A stretch of DNA of 63,818 nt, filler included, from Reticulomyxa filosa (GCA_000512085.1; 11 parts of 11 records of this genome joined end to end with filler, not necessarily neighbours in it), one strand, 5' to 3'. Counted from the first letter of the whole stretch, positions 12,085 to 27,400 are shown. Notes: generated from the sequence alone by a model not told the origin. Made by a program: numbers and translations.

Positions 12085-13118
12085 TGTTATATATTCATAA
12101 AAACAAGAAGTAAAGAAAGGAGGAAGAAAGAAGGAGAAAAATCCGTAAGTTTTTTTGACGTTTGAAGAACGTTCTTCGGAATTTTCCAAAGAATTTTTCC
12201 AAATTTTTAAAAATTTGACAAAATCGCATCGTAAATTTGTAACCTTTTCATGGGCGTGTAACCAGAAAAAATATAAACATGTGTTCAGATTTTTATTACT
12301 TGTTTTGTAGAAAACTCACAATGAGAAAAGTTGATGTGTTATGCTCACTCGTTTTAGCAAACTTAAAACTATTTGCATACTTTTCTTCGAAAATTATAGT
12401 AAATGAAAAAAACTAAGACCAATTGCACCTTTATAAGGACTAGTAGTGTTTTTTCAACGAAGTGTCACCTTTCTCAATTCTGGGTTTCAATAACGTAACA
12501 AGCAGTCAAAGTTTATTACTATTTATACAACAAACGGAAAAATAGAAAAAATATGACGATATTTGGTGTACAACGGTTTCAGAAACCCAATGAACGCAGA
12601 ATTTATCAAATTGACAAAGCGCACAACATCACTAACCTTTAAGCAATTCATTGATCCTAACAATCTCTTATCACCTGCTACTATGATTTCTTTTGTTTTA
12701 AATTTGTGTAACCCAAAAATAAATTAATTATAATTTTTTAATCTTTACCATTTTTTTGTTTGCTAATGATGAAAGGCATCTCGGCATAACAAGTCAATAA
12801 ATTTTTTAAATTGTATTAAACTACTTGCCAAACTATTTAACTACTTTTTCAATTTTATATTTTCTGAACAAACTCAAAAGAACTGTACATGATCGAAATA
12901 TCCGAGTAAAAAAAATTTAAAAATATGTTTCACCAAAAATAAATCGATATTTTATTCTATATTGCACTTGTGAAAAAATGAGTTGATTCTAGTTAATATT
13001 TTCTATTCTTATTTACACTGTTTTTGATTAGGTCATGTGATGGTTTGTTTTTATATTGAAAAGCCAACAATAAAAAGTGAGATATTTTTATTGTGAATGC
13101 ATATACTTTGAAATAAGC

Positions 13119-14276
13119 CTACCACTTCCAGAGACCAATTTCTCCATTTAAAGTATATGACATAATTGTATTTTCATCAGGTGAAATGCCTATCCCCGCT
13201 ATCGGACCAATATGTCCTTCTAATTTCTGTATTTCTTGTCCCGATTTTACATCCCATATTCGAATTGTTCGATCGTGTGAACATGAAACAATAATTTCAT
13301 TTGATGAAAATGCTACATCCGTTACAAAATTTAAATGCCCCACCAAAGTTTGTACTTTCATCCCTGACTTTATATCCCATACTGGAATTGTCTTCTCGTT
13401 TGAACAAGAAACAATATAGCGCCCATCAGGAGAAGGTCTAGCTCTGACAATGACCTTTACCTCTTCTTCTATTTCCATTACTTTTGCACCTGATTTTACA
13501 TCCCAAATATCGATGAATTGACAATCGGAACATGACACAAGAGTTTGCCCATCTGCCAAAAATTGTAAGCAATTTACCCAACTTCCATATCCATCTAAAA
13601 CTCGAATCACTTTTCCAGTATTGGAATCTCGTAGCTTTATATTCTCGGAGTATGCACTCGATACAGTGATAAGATGATCTGGTGAAAATTCTGTACATGT
13701 GATTCTACCCATGTCTCCTCTTAATACTCTTAATTGCAGTCTTGATTTCCAATCATACCAATAAATTTCATCAGCATTTGAACATAATATAACCATGTCA
13801 CCATCAGGTGAAAATTTGGCATCAAAAATATACATTGTGAATACTTCCAATTTTTGAAGCAGTTCTCCAGATTCCACATCCCAAATTTGAACATAATAAT
13901 CTAAACCGCATGAAACTATTTTAGTCCCATCCCGTGAGAAACGGGCATTCCTTATTTCATTTGAATGTCCTTGAAATAGTTTTGCTTGTTGGAAATATTT
14001 CGCCTATGCGTTTTTTCAATCAACAAATAAAAAAGATTTTAAAAGGACAAATAAATTTGCGAAAGGCTAAACATATGATGAAATTATTTTATCGAATTCA
14101 CAGATCCATCCTTTTCGTATTCTCGAAGATCGAACCCAATTACTTAATACAAAATTTATCTTTATTTTGGCCTATGTTATTTTTTTTCGTTGCCCTTTTA
14201 TGTTTTTTTTGGGTTGTACAACTTGAGTAATTACTAGATATATTGATTGTTCAGATTCTGTTGCTCCATTGATCAT
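13119..14276 (-). CDS. WD40-repeat protein with N-terminal 33-aa module; 3 exons
   Basis: Repeated GH/FSPDG/IRIWD motifs; upstream exons joined by phase-0 GT-AG introns. Confidence 0.85.
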
Positions 14277-15537
14277 ACAAACTCCCATTTCATCACAAAA
14301 CGTTTTAAAAAGATTATGGATTATTACAAAGCACTAGTAAATTGAACCTAAATTTCTTACTTTCCTTTTGGTAGAAAGGACAAACCAAAACGTATAGCGT
14401 TTTTCAATGCACAAAAACGAATGATGAGCACTCAAAATACGCTGTTTAACTTTGAACTGAAAAATTTACAAATAATCATCTGAAAATATGACTTTTTTTC
14501 CATAATATACAGTACAATGATTATATCTATTTGCAAATTCTGTTATCATATTATATAACTTTTTTCTTAGTTACTGTAGTAAACTATTTCTTTTAAGCAT
14601 TCTTATCACAGTTTTGATTATACTTTAATTTCACAGTCGTTATATAATTCATTCTTCAAACCTTTTGCATTATTATAATGTACGGAAAAAGTTACATAAC
14701 AATTTTACGCTGAATTAGAAGATATAGCTTTTCATATATGATAAATTCACTTTTCCTTTCAGCCACTCCATGAAAAATAAAGATTTAAATCAATTTTTTT
14801 AAAAAATATCTACTAATCTTGTAGTTTTTAAATATTAAATTTTTTTTTTTTTGCTAATTTTTTTTATTGTTGATATTTTTAATTGGCATTTCAAAAGTTT
14901 GATATTTAAAATGGTGAAACATTTAGCGCTTTTAAGAAAGGAGTAGCTGTTGGTATACTGGTTGGTGGAACTATCATTCGATTTTTACCAAAGAAATTTA
15001 ATATAAGTATAGCTTCGCTTCGATTTTGGCTGACGTCATATAAGTGTAATGGAACAGTAAAAAGAAAAGCTGGATCATGCATGTCAGAGAAAATTCATCA
15101 TGTCGCAAAGCTAAAGAAATAATGTATTGATTTAAAGTAAATAATATAGAACTGATAAATTTTCCTCCTAATTCAACAGACATAAATCCAATTTAGAACA
15201 TTTGGTGGATAATTAAAGTAAAATTATACAAAAGCAAAAAAATTAACAACAAACAAAAACTTTGTGAAAAATTTGAAAAAATATTTGAAAAACATGACAT
15301 TTAACTATGCCAAGATGCTATAGTTAAGTCAATGCATAGTAGAATTGAAAGTGTAATCAATACAAAAAAAACAAATTTTTAACAAAAAAAATTTTTAAAA
15401 AAATTTCAATAATAAAAAAAAAGTTTTCAAAATTTTGTTAAAAATTACGAAAGATAAAATGCTAATTCTTTTTTAAAAGTATCTACGTGACTTGAAGATT
15501 CCTAAAATGAAAACAAAAAGATTAAAAAATTTCTTAT

Positions 15538-15637
15538 NNNNNNNNNNNNNNNNNNNNNNNNNNNNNNNNNNNNNNNNNNNNTTAATTAATTAANNNNNNN
15601 NNNNNNNNNNNNNNNNNNNNNNNNNNNNNNNNNNNNN
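15538..15637. other. Artificial contig spacer N44-TTAATTAATTAA-N44. Also at 26760-26859, 30577-30676, 33366-33465, 35277-35376, 47593-47692, 53305-53404, 54726-54825, 56766-56865 and 60331-60430
   Basis: Identical 100-nt cassette with stop codons in all six frames, repeated ten times. Confidence 0.97.
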
Positions 15638-17743
15638 AAAAAAAAAAAAAAAAAAAAAAAGAATTTGAAAAGAAACTTGGTGCAAATGAAGCCTGCACCA
15701 ATAGCAGCGACGAACAACAAAGAAAATGAAAAGGTCGAAGACGATGAGTTCATAATTGAATATCGCGACGACACAATGCAAAAGAAAAATGACGAGACGT
15801 GGTCAGTGAACGAGATATCGGGACACGTGGAATTGTCGTATTCGGACAAGGGATGGATGTCCGAGCAGCAACAGCAGCAAGGACTGAAGGAATACCCTCA
15901 ACAAAAGCTGCTAAAAGACCTCGAGTTGCTTGTTTATTACTCGGTACACAGTTTCGACACGTTTGCGTGCACCAATTTGCCGAGGCCAGCCGCCGCCATC
16001 ACCTCCATGTTCACAAGCGCGAACATGGCAGTCGCTGCCGCAGCTGTCATGGCCACCGCCTTCGACAAGGACGACCACGACAAGTCCATGACCCCACGAG
16101 CTGATATGGATACAGATGATGATAATAAAACGGATTATCACAAGCTTGGACGTGCCATTACGAGACTATGGAAGCTATTTGCCATTCAATATTTATATAA
16201 ACATCGAGGTTCTTTTTTTTTTTGTTTTGTTTTGTTTGTTTGTTTTGGTGTAATGGTCTCCTTTTTTTTTTTTTTAAGAGATATTTTAAACAATAATGAA
16301 CACAACAAACATTTTTTTGTTTTCAAACCTCCACATCCGATATTCGGTCCAAAGGCGAACATGACTTTTTCTTACCCGATAACATGGACTACTTTTTCAA
16401 TCAGGCGGAAGTGGTGTTTAGCAAGGACTACGTGCCGAAAGAAATGGACGTGCTGAAGTGTTATGTGCGCACCACGGGAGTGCTGGAGGCCTCGTACGCG
16501 GTGCAGACTAATCTGTGGTTTAACTTCTTCGATTTGGGCGGCGAGAGGAACGAGCGCAAAAAGTGGATTTACAACTTTGAAAATGTCGACACTGTCATTT
16601 TTGTTGCCGCTTTGAATCATTACTGTCAAGTGTTGTTTGAAGACCAAAGCAAAAATGGTTTGACTCCTATATCTTATTACACAGTACACACACACATATA
16701 TACATATACAAAGCAACAGCAACAATAAAAAATACGTATACTGCAATCGTGTAAAAAATATATGTATGTATACATGCATACATACATATATGTATATAAT
16801 GTGTATATATGTATACAAAAGCCTTGCACGAAAGCGTAGAATTATTTGAAGAGGTATGCAACAGTAAATATTTTAAGCGCAGCGAGGTGATACTGTTTTT
16901 GAACAAGTGTGATCTGTTTCGGGAAAGTCTTCGGGACAAGATCGGCTTGGATGTATGCTTTGGCACGGACGACTCGTCCCGTGCATCCAACGAATCAACG
17001 AGCGAAGCCAATGTATCCAACATATCCACTGCGCAGGGGACAACAGAAGACTTGACAGGCCCTTTCCTTTTTTCCTCTTCCTCACAGCAGCAACAACAAC
17101 AACAACAACAACAACAACATAATGGCAATGACGAAAATGAATTTTGCATTTTGTATCGTGACGAATGTCAGTTGCTTACTCAGCAAATCCATCAGATTTC
17201 CACCGGCTATTCGCCATTGCCAATTGTCAGCGAAAGCATTTCCCAAAAGGATCTCAAAGTATATCCAATTACCGAGGATAAAGATAGAGAAAGAGAAGAA
17301 GAAAATACTAATCGATATGGACATTATGATGGTGATGATGATGATGATAATAATGAAGAAGAAGAAAAAGCAGTAACATTAAAGCCAAAAACAAAACAAA
17401 AAAAAAAGAAGAATGGCCGGTGGATGTGTCATCAATACTAGAAACACAGCTGCCAAAACTGCAAGACAAAACGAACAATAACAATAATAAAGGTCGTGGA
17501 GAAGCGACAGTGGGGAGTATATGGAATGGAAAGAAATACAATGGGCCGCGTTATGGAAATCGGCAAGAGCGCAAAAATTGGCTGATAAATCATTATTTCA
17601 ATAAAAAACACAGCAGTTTATATAACGCACAAAACCAAGCGCAAAACGCAGCTGACGTGGAATCGACTCCAAACAAAGTGGAGAACAATCCACTACAGTC
17701 GCAACAATTGCGCAAGCCTACTACCGGTGATCCCACTTCTGCT

Positions 17744-17779
<36 letters not shown>

Positions 17780-18241
17780 GCGAAGCCTAGTCATCTTGGT
17801 CCCAAAGCCAATGAAGCCGACTTTTTATTTGGTACGTCGCCACTTACATATGCAGTCAGTGAAAACACTCGAATTATTCCATTTGACTTGTCGCAAACGC
17901 CCGACTATAATGATCACTATAATTATAATAATACCAATAATAATAATAATAATAATAACAATAACAATAATGACGCACAACAAAGTGGTCGCGATGTCAT
18001 TGACGTGGACAATGATATCAAAATTGATCGCTTCGCTGACGAAGCTTGGTTTGAATACTGCTATGATAGTAGTGTTCAATTCCTCACCAACTTGTTCCTC
18101 AATCAAAATCAAAATATTGAAAATAAAATGATCCATGTCCATGTCACCAATGCCGTTAATCGAGAACACATCTCCGAGGTCATGCACGAAATCCAAGATA
18201 TCATTGTGGCTTCAATGTTTCATAAGTATAATATGATTTGA
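15638..18241 (+). CDS. Divergent heterotrimeric G-protein alpha subunit (5'-truncated by the spacer) with large low-complexity insertions
   Basis: DYVPKEMDVLKCYVRTTG (switch I), FFDLGGERNERKKWIYNFENVDTVIFVAAL (switch II), ILFLNKCDLF (G4), HVTNAVN (G5), IQDIIV C-terminal helix. Frameshift in the A-run near 17398-17408. Confidence 0.88.
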
Positions 18242-18617
18242 AGTCCTCCCACTAGCATTCTACGGAGGACTAGAGACCAATGGAGGAGAAACCGAGGAGA
18301 ATCGGGAGGGAATTTCTATGTAACTAATAAAAGAGATAGAGGGGGTGGAAGGGATGTATGTATCACTTTCTTTTTTTTTTTCTCTCATTTTGGTTTGCTG
18401 TGGATCCACAGTTTTGAAATTTGAATAAGTCCAGTTTTTGCTTTGATTGGCCTTTTTTTTTTTTTTTTTGGTTTGCTTTGTATGTTTTTCACTCTTTTTT
18501 TTGTGATGTTCACTTTCACAGAGTTTCACCTCCGTCTTGTACTGTTAAACAAAAACAAAATTACAAACACAAAGCCTCGACTTTCTTGGAGTCGCATCTG
18601 TTTCAACCTATTTGCAA

Positions 18618-20044
18618 ATGATACCAACCACAAAACTGACACCTTGGTCAGTGCACTTCAAAAAAAGTGGCATGTCCCCAGATCAAAAAGTGTACCACAG
18701 ATAATGTTTGTTTGATTGAGAAATTAGAAAGACGTGAGGATTTTGAAAGAAGCGTGTTTCTCAATAGCGAGTTGCAAAAAATGTCACTTGGTTCACGTTG
18801 TCGCATTTGGACATATGGACGTTCCGTGTACAAAAGTAAGAACGGCCAGCCATGGTTGGGAAGTTGGGCATCGGGATTGGGGATCCGAAAGTTGAGTAAT
18901 GACAAAAACTTGGAAGAATTGGAACAATTTTCCTTGCATTATATTCCAAGCAAGCCATCGGTCGGGGAGCAGCGTCCTCGCTACAAAACGCCAACGGAAG
19001 AATCACTAGTATCGGACTGGGACAGCAAGCACCACGAAGCGTGGTTGCAAGGTGTATCAGGTGAAGACGTGTGGTGCAGTGGATTTTTGCCAATCAAAAC
19101 CATTCAGCATTTTGTGGATTATTTGCACGACTACATGCCCTATTGGTGTGCAGTCATGTGTTTGCCATTCGTCACAAAAGTGTTCGTCACTATCCCCATT
19201 ATGACCTATTGCACAAAGAGTCAAGGCAAGTATATGCATGCTCTTCCAACGGCGACCAAAGAACTTAGGTACTGTCAGCATGTCTTTCGTCACGATAGAG
19301 ACCAATATAACAAAGAAGTGAAAAACGTTTAGTGGTGAGAGATCAACAAACATGCAAAAACACGCACTATTTAAAATATATATATATATCATATATATGT
19401 TATTCCTTTTTTTTTTTTTGATCATATTAGGTAATTGAAAAATATGGGTTCAATCCAACGTTTCAATCGTTTAACAATTTTGGGGTGTCATTGCACAAGC
19501 ACCGGTTCATATCGCGACATTTTATGCCATTTCGACAATGTCTCGCTCGTATCCGGATTGGAAAATGGGGGGAGTATTGTGGTTCCAAGACTTGAGCTTG
19601 AGCGATCCTTACTGGGTCCTACCTGTCGTCACCAGTGTGTGCATGATTTTGTCTGTCCATGTCAACATGCGTTCCCAGAAGATCATCAATCAAAAAATCG
19701 GATTTCAACAGAATTTACCAGGGGATGTTTCGGCGGAATTAATGGACAAAATGAATTATGTGTTGGCCTTATCCTTAATACCAATGGCACATCTTTTGTC
19801 CAGTGGATTCAATTTGTATATGGCTGCAAATATAGTCTCGTTTATAATGCAGTCTCATCTGCTGCACAACAATTGGTATAGACGGCTTGTCAAAATGCCG
19901 TCCAATGAATATGAAGGCACGTATCGAAAGGAAATGCAAAGCGCAGTACGTGCGGTGCAAGAGATTATATCAAGACCGACTCATGTTACTGGCGATCCTC
20001 CTCGTCCCATTAACCCATCCAATCCAATCCTACCAAAAGAATAA
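18618..20044 (+). CDS. Oxa1/Cox18/YidC-family membrane insertase
   Basis: LHDYMPYW, QAPVHIATFYAISTM, GGVLWFQDLSLSDPYWVLP, SGFNLYMAAN. One intron (19327-19430) and two homopolymer frameshifts (near 18660 and 19480). Confidence 0.8.
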
Positions 20045-20639
20045 CATTATCATTAGTCTATTGTTCAAGTCCTTGTTTGTTTGTTTGTTTTATTCAAGCT
20101 CGACCAAATTCATATCTCAAAAAAAAAAGCAAACGTTCTTCATTCAGGATTTTACATATAAATCACTTTGTATTTCTTGTTCAAGTTTACAAATCTTCTT
20201 TCGTAATAAATAAAAAAAAGCACGCTCGTGTAAGATTATAATAACGGTGAAAGCACTTACCAATGACACTTACTGCTGCTAAATAACTTTTTTGTACTGT
20301 AGCAAGATGAAAAAAAAGGCAAATTACGGATTATTTAGACACTATGTCGAATTAAATGAAGGAAAAACGCAAGTTTGGCATTGTTTTGCACAACAATTGT
20401 TACAAAACAACAAAACAAGAGTATGTTGGACCGAGCAGAAATGGCTTGCAAAACTTTAAAAAAAAATGGCATGTTAAGACTAAGTGACCTAAACTAAGGA
20501 CAAGATTCCTCAAAACATCATATTTGTTGAATCCTAAAAATCAATGATCAGTTTATTGCAATCCTACCAACAACAAAAATGTTAAGCAAAGTATAATAAT
20601 AATTACAAAAAACTAAATTGGTGTGATTATGTTGGTTTT

Positions 20640-21298
20640 TCACTTTTGGGTATTGTGTTCTTCAGAGCTGTTTGTGGTTGTTCTTCTTCGAAATAAAGAT
20701 GTCAGTGTTGATTTGGAAGGCGTGCCGTTGGAGTGATTAGAAGGGGTAACAGGAGCAAAATGTTGACTACCATTCAATTTATCTACACTCTCTTTGGATG
20801 TTGATCTAAGCACTCTTTCTACATTTATTACAAATTTGACTCCTTTTTCTTTTAATGATTTTTCAATTTTTTTCTTCAGCAAAGTTTTCAGAACTACTTG
20901 CTTCATTTGAGAAACATTGCGCAATATGATCTGCACTTTATTACGATCAATCATACAGACTTCGTTTGATAAGTTCTTTTCGTTCAATTTCTGGGACACC
21001 TTTGAACCATTGTTTAACAAACACATAGCTGATCTGCGCATATCTTGTGATGTTTAGTGTTGTTCCCCATTGTCCCACTCTTCACCTTAAAACCAATTTT
21101 CTGAGTTATCTTTCTTTCAGTTAAGCACAGGCAACAACATGCACAGTGTATGCTAGAACCAGCACCAACTGTCCATACACCACAACACAAGTAATAAGCC
21201 AAGCCCAATTTTGATTTCAGTTCGCTTTCGAAGACTTCTTTGGGATTAAGAACTTCTATCGTTATCACTAAATGCTTTATTATTTCTTCCTCACTCAT
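20640..21298 (-). CDS. Hypothetical protein (two overlapping ORFs; Cys-rich segment CACCCLC)
   Basis: ORFs 21014-21298 and 20640-21041 with protein-like composition; no family recognised. Confidence 0.35.
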
Positions 21299-22543
21299 TT
21301 CTCGAGGATAAACCGAAAATCATGCTGAAAAAGGAGAGCACAAAGGAACTTTGAACTCACTCAACCGGTTCGTGTTTACCGTCAAAACAACTTAAAATAG
21401 GGGATATTTCCTCGAAAATTGGATCAATAGCATGTGTCGCAATAAAAAAAGTAGCTTCCAATAACAAAGTAATATAAACACTGAATAAACTCCAAAAAGA
21501 AACAAAAACACTATTTTAGCTAATAACAAACAATTCAATTAATAGCAACAAAAAGACATCATATTGAATTTTTTATTTGCCTAAAAATGAAATGAATTTA
21601 AATGTACTACAGAAATAAAACGGTTATTTCAACAATAATAAATATTTCATAAAGTATGGAAAAAACTAAAACTAAATTTGAGTGAAACTAGCCAAGGAAA
21701 TTAATAAAAAAATTTTAACAATTAAAATTGTGCAGTCTATATGTTCCGTTATTCAAAAACTATATTATGCTGTAGAAAAATTGAAAACATAAAATGTCAA
21801 CTTATGGTGATAATCGATTTTCTTCATGAAAAACAAACATTTAAGTTTAATTTTTTTAAAAACATTAATAAAAACAGTTTCAAAACGTTTAAAGATAATC
21901 AAAGACTGCACCAAAAAGCAAAATATGCAACAAAATTTTATTGCACAAAACAATAAAAATAAACTTGCTTCACCCTTTTCATTCATTTTTTTTGTTATTG
22001 TTGATCGTCATTTTCATTCTTTTTTTTGATCCAACCCTTCGTTCTTTGTTGAAAAATCTCTCAGAGAGAACATTTGATCACTTTGCGCGTCTTAAAGTGA
22101 CAGTTAACAACGCTGAAATTTTGTTTTACTTTGTTCCGAATCTATTTTCATTCTAAAATTCAAAAGAATATTTCTTCGTGTTACACTTTGCACTAAACAT
22201 GATTAAAAATTGACGTTGAAAATTGTTGGTCAATGCGTCAAAAACAACGATAATTAACAAAATCTGCAAAGTTATGCCCATAGATGTCTTAACATCATTT
22301 ACATCAAAGATTTGGGTTAGAAGTTGGACATAATTGTATTGAGACTTCAACCTTACAAAAAAAAGCAAATGGTCACCACTCGAGACAAACAGTTTAAAAC
22401 AACAAAACAAACCAGTTGCACACATCACTTTTTTTTTCAATTCCGTACGCTTAGATTTTGTCTTTTGTTTCACTCGTTCTATTTCAAAGAAATCAAACAT
22501 TTGCATATAATCTATTTTCTTAAACTTACGTTTGTACCATCAC

Positions 22544-23745
22544 TTACTTTTCGCTGTTTGAGTTCTCTTTTTGAACTATTCCAGCATCCGAATCTTTACG
22601 ACCATCTGCACAGTATGGTGGGCATGAGGACTCTTTGATTTTGGTATGATGGCCGCGTGGATACTCGATCTGAATGGTAGAATGTTGAATGTGAAATTCT
22701 TCTGAGCAAATTTTCTGCGCTTTTCTTAAAATACCATCAGCACAAGCAGGGATAATTTTTCCATCGCTGTCATACGTCGACGACTTTGCCAACAAGTGTA
22801 CTGACAAAGCTGGTTTTCCAACGGACAAATTCCACACGTGCAAATCATGCACATCTGCAACATCAGGTAATTCTTTCTGTTTAAAAGAAAACATAAGACA
22901 TCATTAAAAAAGAGATTATTATATCGTCTGTAAGTTTTGGCACTTAACCAAAGTTTGAGTGAGTTTATCCAAGTTAATATGTTTAGGGACATTTTCCATC
23001 AAAACATCCAAAGCATCTCTAACTAAGGTTGTGGTAGTGAACACAACGATTATGGAAAAGATTAAAGTGCAAATGGGATCCAATAACCGCAACTTATGAT
23101 CAGCCCAAATTAAGGCAGCTGCAATGACAACCCCAATGGATTGTACCAAGTCTGTCCAACGCAATTACGCATCCAACGTTTTAAACAAAACTTACGTGCC
23201 TAAAAAAAAAAAAAAAGGAAAATGTACAAATACCTCCTAAGACATGAATAAAAGCTGATCTCACGTTGATGTTGCGTTGATCACCTTTGGTTCCTTTACC
23301 TTTTCCACTGGAATGTAAACACAGTACCAAAAAAAAAAAAACAACAACAATAAAGAGGAAAAAAATGTAAATAACGTCAAACCCATATCCCACATAAATG
23401 AAAGAACAGCACACTCCCCCTCCCTTCTCCCTCTTTCCTTTGGACACGCAACTGGTCATGAGAATGCTTGTGATCATGTTTGTGCGAGTGGGATCCGTGC
23501 GAATGTCCACCGTGCGAGTGCGAATGAGAGTTACTCTTAGCATGCGAATGTTTGTGACTGTGCGAATTGTCGTCGTGCGAGTGGCCACCACCGCCCAATC
23601 CATGACTATGATGGCCCCCTTGGAATAATATTACTCTGTGATATTTTATTGTTTAACATGAGTTCCAATACTCACATACACAAAAAGCCAAGGGACAATG
23701 AGTACATGTTTTATCTGTCACAATCAAATTTTTTTCAACCTCTCC

Positions 23746-23776
<31 letters not shown>

Positions 23777-24535
23777 CCATAATAATGTTTACTAAAATAC
23801 CCAAACAAGCGACAATGAACATGATCTTGCCATCCACAGCGGGTTTGGTAATCAAACGTCGGATAGCCTCAATTACTAACCACACTGTCAGGCCCCAAAT
23901 CAACATGATTGAGAATAATGCCCCAATAATTTCAGCTCGATGATAGCCAAAAGAAAATCGACCACCAGCCTCTCTTTGGACCAGCCACTATTGTTTGTTT
24001 AAATCCCAAAAAAAAAAAAAAAAAGAATGTCACGTGTTTTTTTTTTAATATTTCAAATAATAATAATATTATTGTTATTATATTATTAAGTGAACAAAAG
24101 AAGGGATCGACACAAAATTAAAACATGCTTTACCAAAGCAGTAATGCTGATAAACAAGCCAGCGCAATCGGACAACAAATGTGTAGCATCGGACAACAAT
24201 GCCAAACTGTTGGCAAGGAATCCTCCCACAACTTCAGCGATCATAAACAATATGCAAAATCCTGAGGCCAAGAATAGTTGCTTTCTGGCCTTTTGTGTTT
24301 TTTGACGTTCTTCATCGGATCTTTTATCATCACATCAACACAAAGTTTTTTTTTGCCAATTTTCCTGACATATTTTTTTTTTGGGAGGGGTTAAAAAAGT
24401 CACAATTTTCCATTTGACAAAACAATGCACAGGAATGAACTTACACTTTTTGAAGTTTGCACCCGAATTCACAAGAATAAAACTTTGGTACTTTTCCATC
24501 TCTGTTTTCTCATAACCAAAGGCAGAACTATCCAT
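22544..24535 (-). CDS. SLC30/ZnT (CDF-family) zinc transporter with His-rich loop; multi-exon
   Basis: NSLALLSDATHLLSD, FSFGYHRAEIIGAL, (HS)n loop, NINVRSAFIHVLG/DLVQSIGV, VHDLHVWNLS, HSTIQIE. Confidence 0.92.
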
Positions 24536-25444
24536 GACAAAACAACAGGGTCAGAATAACAAAGAACTTTCTTTCCCTTACCATTCCCCTAGTTTTTTTA
24601 TCATTTTTTAATTAACATTTTGGAATCAGAAGTAATTTCTACGAACTGGTCCCCTGCGTTGTTTCAAAATACACATTTTCTTACATTTAAGAACAATAAA
24701 AAAAAATGGTATATACCAGGTAAAATGGGCTTCTTAAAATCATTGCTCATTTCTTCTTGCTTTCCGATAGAATCCGCTAATAACGAGTGCAGTGAACAGA
24801 TGGAAAAAAATCTAGGAGAACTTTTGTACCGTCACTTTTTGAGAACAACGAGTACTATCAACAAACTTGAGGAAATTTTACATAAATTGGTGCAAGTTTC
24901 TATTTTACGGAAGGTGTTAACAGTAATTTTAAAAACAAGATAATTTACAAAATTTCAAATGTTGTTTTGTGTAAAATTTTATTTAAAAAATTTTAAAATT
25001 ACAATTAACCGTACTTTTGAAGGGATATAGACACAAAAAACTAGATATTCAATCTTTTTGGAAATTAAACACTTAAAACATATGAAGTACCCAAAACCAC
25101 TGAGACCTAAATTACTTCATATGCAGCCAATATATTTGTAAAAATGTATATTCTATTCTCTTCGTAAATTCTTTTTTCGATCAAGCAAAAATGTATTTGT
25201 CACTTTTCCCTTACAAAATCCTAAAGATTATCATCCTTCAAAAATCAATCTGAATACTATTTCCCATTATATTCCATTAATTTTTAAGCAGTTTTCATAT
25301 CAAGCCAACAAGAAAAAAACGGATAATTTTTCAAAAAATGCTAGCACAAAATACACTCATTTCACGAGACACAACTAAAAACAAAAATTTTAATTCCATT
25401 AACTAAAACAGAAATTAAAGCTCAATCCGTGTATTCGTTGCTTC

Positions 25445-26470
<1,026 letters not shown>

Positions 26471-26899
26471 AGTTTCTCTTATTCCCTTAAGATCTGACTA
26501 CAACTCGGTAAACACAAAAAAAACTCAGTCACCTTTAACTCCAAAAGGTACTTTTGTTTAGTTGCTGTCACTTCACTCAGTTTGGCCCGAGCTTCTTTAT
26601 TTTTTTGTATCATCAAATATCTTACATTTCATTGTTTTATGTGTTTGTGTGATGTAGTCACTTTTATCCATGACATCTGACATAATGTACATCCAGGATT
26701 GTAAGAGATAATGAAAAATTTGATCTATTTTTGAATGAAGATGTTTGAAATAATGTAACNNNNNNNNNNNNNNNNNNNNNNNNNNNNNNNNNNNNNNNNN
26801 NNNTTAATTAATTAANNNNNNNNNNNNNNNNNNNNNNNNNNNNNNNNNNNNNNNNNNNNCAAATATATCACATAAATTGTTAATATCAAAAATGGTAAG

Positions 26900-27400
26900 T
26901 ATACCAAAGAAAAACAACTTACACAACGAATAAAATCAGTGATATTACCAATAATTGATAGATTGTCTTGAACAATATATGTCCCATTTGGAAAAAGAAA
27001 TAAAACAAACAAAATTGATTATTATATTAAGAACAATACTGTATAATAGAAAATATATTAAAAGAAAAACTGTTACTTAACATTATTAGAAGCATTTGAT
27101 TCATTATGGCATGATTGACTAATATATAAATTAACTAAAATATGAATAAAGTGGAGATTACTTCAGATAATATATTCCATGATGACCCAAGGCCATTTGA
27201 TTGTAACTTGTGATAATTGGTTATATCACCAATTTAAAACCGATTCTGAAACTGGCCAATGATACTATCTAAGCGGACCGTTATTCAATCTATACATAAA
27301 TGATATCATAAGTGAGATTAAAAAAGAAAATATATCGCAAAGTATTTATAACACAAATATACCATAATGTTTATTTTATGCAGCAGATATAAAATTCAAT
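26900..27400 (+). mobile_element. Decayed non-LTR retrotransposon reverse-transcriptase remnant
   Basis: EAFDSLWHD*LIYKL, LSGPLFNLYINDI and CLFYAADIK correspond to RT motifs; stops and deletions present. Confidence 0.7.

Noticed and set aside
2357-19490. Frameshifts in the kinase (~2360), G-alpha (~17400) and Oxa1 (~18660, ~19480) as programmed ribosomal frameshifting
   Set aside because: All lie in homopolymer runs with no shared slippery-site-plus-stop or structure; sequencing indels are more parsimonious.
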